A DNA stretch of 64,000 nucleotides from assembly GCA_965240365.1 (NCBI GenBank), contig OZ251218.1, forward strand, positions 1,594,765 to 1,658,764, in the 5' to 3' direction. The position numbers and the translations under genes are program-made. Below are positions 59,274 through 64,000 of the stretch, in pieces. Under the pieces are notes generated by a model. It saw nothing but the letters and a program-made list of their open reading frames with translations. It ran no database searches and was not told the DNA's origin. Position 1 is the stretch's first letter, and each line of letters opens with the position of its first letter. This DNA is from Gammaproteobacteria bacterium (GTDB lineage Bacteria > Pseudomonadota > Gammaproteobacteria > Eutrophobiales > Eutrophobiaceae).

Positions 59274-60365
59274 ATGGGTTTTAAATGCGGTATCGTAGGT
59301 TTGCCCAATGTCGGCAAGTCCACACTCTTCAACGCCTTGACCCGCGCGGCCATTGCCGCCGAAAATTATCCCTTTTGCACGATTGACCCGCATATCGGCG
59401 TGGTGGCGGTGCCCGATCCGCGCCTCGGGCAACTGGCTGATCTGGTCAGGCCGGAAAAACAGACGCCGGCCCACATGGAGTTTGTCGATATTGCCGGCCT
59501 GGTTGAAGGCGCCTCGAAAGGCGAGGGTCTGGGCAATCAGTTCCTGGCCAATATCCGCGAGACACAGGCCGTTTTGCAGGTCGTGCGCTGTTTCGATGAC
59601 GATAATATCGGCCATGTCGCGGGCCGGGTCGATCCCGTCTCCGACATCGGCGTGATCAATACCGAATTGTGTCTGGCCGATCAGGAAACCGTCGGCAAGG
59701 CCCTGCAAAAGACCGGCAAGTTGAGCCTGAGCGGCGACAAGACGGCCAGACGCAGGCAGGAGAAACTTGAATCGATCATGGCGCACCTTGACCAGGGTCT
59801 GGCGGTCAGGTCGATGGGCCTCTCCGCGGAGGAGGCCGCCCTCGTCAGGGATTTGCAGTTATTGACTGCAAAGCCGGCGCTGTATATTGCCAATGTTGAA
59901 GAAGACGGTCTCTATACCAACCCGTGGCTCGGCAAGATACAGGCATTGATCGAGGCGGAAGGCGCGCCGCTGATCCCGATCTCGGCCGCCATTGAAGCGG
60001 AGATCGCGCAACTGGACCCGCCTGAAAAACAGGAATTTCTGGCGGCAATGGGCATGGAAGCGCCGGGCCTGAATCGTATTATCCGCGCCGGCTATCAAAG
60101 GCTGGGCCTGCATACCTATTTTACAGCCGGGCCGAAGGAAGCGCGGGCCTGGACGATCCCGGTCGGGGCAACGGCCCCGGAGGCGGCGGGTGTCATCCAC
60201 TCTGATTTTGAGCGTGGTTTTATCCGGGCCGAAGTGACCGCCTTTGCCGATTATATGGCCTGCCGAGGGGAGCAGGGCGCAAAAGAGGCGGGCAAGTGGC
60301 GCTCCGAAGGCAAGGATTATATCGTCAATGACGGCGATGTGATTCTGTTCCGGTTTAATGTTTAG
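59274..60365 (+). CDS. ychF: redox-regulated ATPase YchF
   Basis: [33 protein letters not shown] and FRFNV motifs. Confidence 0.97.
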   Translation: MGFKCGIVGLPNVGKSTLFNALTRAAIAAENYPFCTIDPHIGVVAVPDPRLGQLADLVRPEKQTPAHMEFVDIAGLVEGASKGEGLGNQFLANIRETQAVLQVVRCFDDDNIGHVAGRVDPVSDIGVINTELCLADQETVGKALQKTGKLSLSGDKTARRRQEKLESIMAHLDQGLAVRSMGLSAEEAALVRDLQLLTAKPALYIANVEEDGLYTNPWLGKIQALIEAEGAPLIPISAAIEAEIAQLDPPEKQEFLAAMGMEAPGLNRIIRAGYQRLGLHTYFTAGPKEARAWTIPVGATAPEAAGVIHSDFERGFIRAEVTAFADYMACRGEQGAKEAGKWRSEGKDYIVNDGDVILFRFNV

Positions 60366-60387
60366 GGAAAGTCCTGAAAAAAAAGTC

Positions 60388-61077
60388 ATGGACTCGCTGA
60401 AGCTCGGCCGGGAGATTATAAAAACAGCCCGTGATTTTAACCTCAGCGGTTTGAGCGCGGGCACATCGGGCAATCTGAGCGCCCGGCACGCGCGCGGCTT
60501 TTGTATCACGCCGAGCGCCGTGGCCTACCGTGAACTGTCGCCCGAAGATATTGTGTTGTGTGGCCCGGACGGCCGCATCATCTCGGGTCATCTCCCCCCT
60601 TCCAGCGAATGGCCGTTACATGCCTCGATTTATGCGGCCAGAGCGGAGGTCAACGCCATCGCGCATGTGCATTCCGCCTATGCCACCGCGCTGGCCTGCC
60701 TGCGAAAACCCATCCCGCCGTTTCATTACATGGTGGCCACAGCGGGCGGTAGTGAAATTCCCTGCGCCGAATATGCCACCTTCGGCTCCGAGGCCCTGGC
60801 AAAAAATGTCGTGGCGGCATTAAAGGGCCAGCGGGCCTGTTTAATGGCCAATCATGGCCTGATCGCCATCGGCGCCGACATCGCCGCAGCCTATAAACTG
60901 GCCGGGGAGGTGGAATCACTCGCACAGCAATATTGTCTCTGCCTGCAAGCCGGCCAACCCATATTGCTGGACGATGCCGAAATGCGGGTCAATATCGAAA
61001 AGTTCAAGACCTATGGAAAAACACCCGGCCCGCAAGGGCCGGAGCAGGGCGGTAAAGGTTCTGATTGGAAGCCCTGA
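60388..61077 (+). CDS. class II aldolase/adducin family protein (FucA/Ald2-like)
   Basis: GTSGNLSAR, PSSEW.LH, HVHS and LMANHG motifs. Confidence 0.9.
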   Translation: MDSLKLGREIIKTARDFNLSGLSAGTSGNLSARHARGFCITPSAVAYRELSPEDIVLCGPDGRIISGHLPPSSEWPLHASIYAARAEVNAIAHVHSAYATALACLRKPIPPFHYMVATAGGSEIPCAEYATFGSEALAKNVVAALKGQRACLMANHGLIAIGADIAAAYKLAGEVESLAQQYCLCLQAGQPILLDDAEMRVNIEKFKTYGKTPGPQGPEQGGKGSDWKP

Positions 61078-61211
61078 ATAAATCCATCCTGGATTTCCCT
61101 GCCTGCTGCAGGCAGGGCTTCAAAATCAATGACTTACGTCATTGCCAAGTTATTGATTCTGGGGCGGCACGTCCCTGTACCGCAGGAAACTCTGATTCAA
61201 TCAGAGTTTCC
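61067..61211. mobile_element. short MITE-like element
   Basis: Imperfect inverted ends GGAAGCCCTGAATAAAT / ATTCAATCAGAGTTTCC; two inverted IHF-consensus sites; 19-bp palindrome at 61098-61116. Confidence 0.6.
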
Positions 61212-61223
61212 GATTAAACAAGA

Positions 61224-62106
61224 TCATTCCGGCCGGATTTTATAGCCAAGCAGTCTGTTTTCCAGCATCAACGGGATCAATAGCAGGTCTTTTCCCATTA
61301 TCAATTCAAGATCGGCGCTGCCCTGGTTAAAATCGAGCAATTTGGCGGCCTCGCCGCGGGCTGTGATATGGAACAGGCCGCCGTTTACCCAGTCGGTGAC
61401 GTAAAAACCGAGCTCATCGCTGCCTTCAACCCCGTCCAGATTGCCGACCGGCGTGCCGGCGCCGATGGATTCGATATTGCCGCTGGCCAGCGAGATGCGT
61501 TTTAAGTGGCCGGCCGTTTCCGTTCTGAAGCCATCGGTCATTTTGCCCCAACTGGCGACAATGAGGTCGCCGCCGCCGCACAGCAGGCCGTTCGGATTTT
61601 CGAGCGCTTCGGTCTCCAGCCAGATACTGAAGTCCCCGTCGCGCAGGATATGAATCCTGTTTAACACCATGTCGGAGACATAAATCTCTCCGCCCGCGCA
61701 GGCCGCGGCGTCATTCAAAAAGCGCGCATCGTTGACCTTGTATTTTTTGACCCGGCCGTTATCAATTTTAATCTCGACCAGTTCATCAATGTCCGTCACA
61801 TACAAGGTCCGCTCATGCAGCGCGAGGCCCTTTGGCGCATTAAGCCCGCTAATCCACTTTTTACGGAGCAGGCGGCCATCCGGCGAGACGATGGAGATAT
61901 AACCGTTGCCGTCTTTGTCGGTCGGGCCGCCGTTGACATTGGAGACATACAGGTGATTGAGCCAGGGGTTGTAAACCACGGACTCCGGGTTTTCAAAACC
62001 TTCGAGTTGCCAGAGTTGTTCCGGCGCTCCGCCGCCGGCATGGAGCCTGCCGCTGAATAACAGGAACAGGCAAACGAAATAGCAGGGTATATTTTTTGTG
62101 ATCATT
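61224..62106 (-). CDS. secreted SMP-30/gluconolactonase-like beta-propeller protein
   Basis: Signal peptide; PESV, LYVSNVNG....DGNGYIS, LNAPKG, FLND, PNGL and LDG motifs. Confidence 0.8.
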
Positions 62107-62161
62107 GCAGAGCGCTCTCCTGAAATTTGATCCGGTTGATGTGGCCTTGCGCGGGTCTCGG

Positions 62162-62965
62162 TCATTCGTTAGAAAAAAATAAACGTTTAAGTTCCGCGCC
62201 GGGGTCTTTGGCCTTCATAAACGCCTCGCCAATCAAAAAGGCGTTAACGTTATTTTTACGCATCAGTTTAACGTCTGCCCGGCTTTGTATGCCGCTTTCA
62301 GTCACGACCGTGCGGTCCCGAAACACATCGCTCAACAGGCCGAGCGTGGTGTCCAGGCGGGTTTCAAAGGTATGCAGGTTGCGGTTGTTGATGCCGATCA
62401 GCGGCGTGCGCAGCATCATGCCGCGTTCCAGTTCTTCACGGTCATGGACTTCGACCAGCACATCCAGCCCGGTCTCGGCGGCCGCGCCGACCAGATCCTG
62501 CATCTGCATGTCCGAGCCGGCCGCGGCGATGATCAGAATACAGTCGGCGCCAATGACTTTGGCCTCATAGACCTGGTAGGGGTCGATCATGAAATCCTTG
62601 CGCAGCACCGGCAGTTCACAGGCCGCGCGGGCCTGTTGCAAATGTTCATCGGAACCCTTGAAAAACGCAATGTCGGTCAATACCGACAGACAACTGGCGC
62701 CGGCCTCGGCGTAGCTCGCGGCGATGGCGGCGGCCTCGAAATCTTCCCGGATGACGCCGCGGCTGGGCGAGGCCCGCTTTAGCTCGGCGATAACAGCCGG
62801 CCGGCCGGTTGCAATGCTGGCCAGCAGATGCGAGGTAAAACCGCGCGCCTCGGGACAATCGGCGGCGCGCTGCCTGATCTCGGCCAGCGGCGTTTTACGC
62901 CTGGTTTCGGCAACATATTCCGCTTTATACTCAAGTATCGTCCTTAATATATCGGGCATCGGCAT
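62162..62965 (-). CDS. trpC: indole-3-glycerol phosphate synthase
   Basis: [30 protein letters not shown] and ESGI motifs. Confidence 0.97.
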   Translation of the reverse strand: MPMPDILRTILEYKAEYVAETRRKTPLAEIRQRAADCPEARGFTSHLLASIATGRPAVIAELKRASPSRGVIREDFEAAAIAASYAEAGASCLSVLTDIAFFKGSDEHLQQARAACELPVLRKDFMIDPYQVYEAKVIGADCILIIAAAGSDMQMQDLVGAAAETGLDVLVEVHDREELERGMMLRTPLIGINNRNLHTFETRLDTTLGLLSDVFRDRTVVTESGIQSRADVKLMRKNNVNAFLIGEAFMKAKDPGAELKRLFFSNE

Positions 62966-62969
62966 GGGG

Positions 62970-63992
62970 CTAATGTTTGAAAGAGCGGCTGTGCGCTATC
63001 AATTGTTGCAGTTTTTGTCTGGCCGCCCCACTTTTGATGAGCTCTGCCGCGCGCATAACGCCGTCCTGGATGGAATCGGCCTGTCCGGCCGCATAAATGG
63101 CCGCGCCGGCATTGAGGCTGACAATATCCCTGGCCGCGCCCGCGCGGTTGTCCAGCACGGCCCGCATCATCGCCAGGCTTTCCTGTGCGTCCTTAACCAC
63201 AAGCTGGCCGGCGTCTTGCGCTTTCAGGCCGAAGTCATCCGGCCTGACGCTATAATGTTCAAGCCGGCCCTGCTTTAATTCGCTGATCCGGGTGGGGGCG
63301 GCAATGCTGATCTCATCCATGCCGTCGTCGGCGTGCACGATCAGCACATGGTTGCTGCCAAGCTGCCTGAGCGTTTCCGCGAGCGGTTCCAGCCAGGCGC
63401 GGTTATAGACGCCGATGACCTGATTCGGCGCGCCGGCCGGGTTGGTCAATGGCCCGAGCACATTAAACAGGGTGCGAATACCCAATTCGCGCCGCGGCCC
63501 GAGCGCATGTTTTGTCGCGGCATGATGCAGCGGCGCAAACATAAAGCCGATGTTCACGGTTTCGATACAGCTTGCTATCTCTGCGGGCTTGAGTTCAAGG
63601 TTGACGCCGGCCGCCTCCAGCACGTCCGCGCTGCCGGATTTGCCCGAGACCGAGCGATTGCCGTGTTTGGCGACCCGGGCCCCGCTGGCCGCCACCACAA
63701 AGGCCGCGGCCGTGGAAATATTGAAGGTGTTGGTCCCGTCGCCGCCGGTGCCGCAGGTATCGACCAGACCGGTTTTATCGACCTCCACCCGGCTGGCCAG
63801 TTCGCGCATGACCCGGGCCGCAGCCGTGATCTCGGCCACGCTCTCACCCTTCAGGCGCAGGGCCACGAGCAGGCCGCCGATCTGGGCCGGGGTCGCCTCG
63901 CCTTGCATCATGGCCCGCATCACGGCGTGCATATCGGCCTCGCTTAAATCATGCCCGCCGATGATTTCATTGAGCGCGGTTTGTATGTTCAT
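62970..63992 (-). CDS. trpD: anthranilate phosphoribosyltransferase
   Basis: [26 protein letters not shown] and DGMDE motifs. Confidence 0.97.
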   Translation of the reverse strand: MNIQTALNEIIGGHDLSEADMHAVMRAMMQGEATPAQIGGLLVALRLKGESVAEITAAARVMRELASRVEVDKTGLVDTCGTGGDGTNTFNISTAAAFVVAASGARVAKHGNRSVSGKSGSADVLEAAGVNLELKPAEIASCIETVNIGFMFAPLHHAATKHALGPRRELGIRTLFNVLGPLTNPAGAPNQVIGVYNRAWLEPLAETLRQLGSNHVLIVHADDGMDEISIAAPTRISELKQGRLEHYSVRPDDFGLKAQDAGQLVVKDAQESLAMMRAVLDNRAGAARDIVSLNAGAAIYAAGQADSIQDGVMRAAELIKSGAARQKLQQLIAHSRSFKH

Positions 63993-64000
63993 TTTTGTCG

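Noticed and set aside
1-64000. Prophage, retron, diversity-generating retroelement, riboswitch or rRNA
   Set aside because: No phage structural, integrase or reverse-transcriptase motifs in the ORF track, and no such RNA motif recognised by eye; covariance-model searches would be needed to exclude small RNAs.

Overview
A 64 kb stretch of GC-rich gammaproteobacterial chromosome. The backbone is housekeeping: argA/argE, ilvD, ilvE, mpl, dacB, an LPS glycosyltransferase/O-antigen ligase cluster, hisE-tatABC, prlC, hemA-prfA-prmC-moeB, TPR-lolB-ispE-tRNA-Gln-prs-rplY-pth-ychF and trpDC. There is a strong iron/oxidative-stress theme: dps with an OxyR-type box, a FecI-FecR-TonB receptor locus, a split-function bacterioferritin pair with bfd, an Fe3+ ABC transporter and tpx. 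Accessory segments include a TonB-receptor remnant broken by an internally deleted IS4-family element, two CCDC90/DUF1640-like coiled-coil membrane proteins, and a small island (43.8-48.3 kb) holding a poly-C lipoprotein gene, an attC-like relic and several toxin-antitoxin genes. The most unusual signal is non-coding. Most longer intergenic regions carry nested palindromic repeats: CGTC-type REP-like hairpins and MITEs are themselves invaded by (i) a 19-bp palindrome, CCTGCCTG-NNN-CAGGCAGG, with matched empty and filled sites inside the window, and (ii) roughly 50-nt double hairpins with GGA loops resembling CsrA/RsmA sites. No intact transposase, CRISPR array or prophage is visible. All calls come from reading the sequence by eye; no searches were run.
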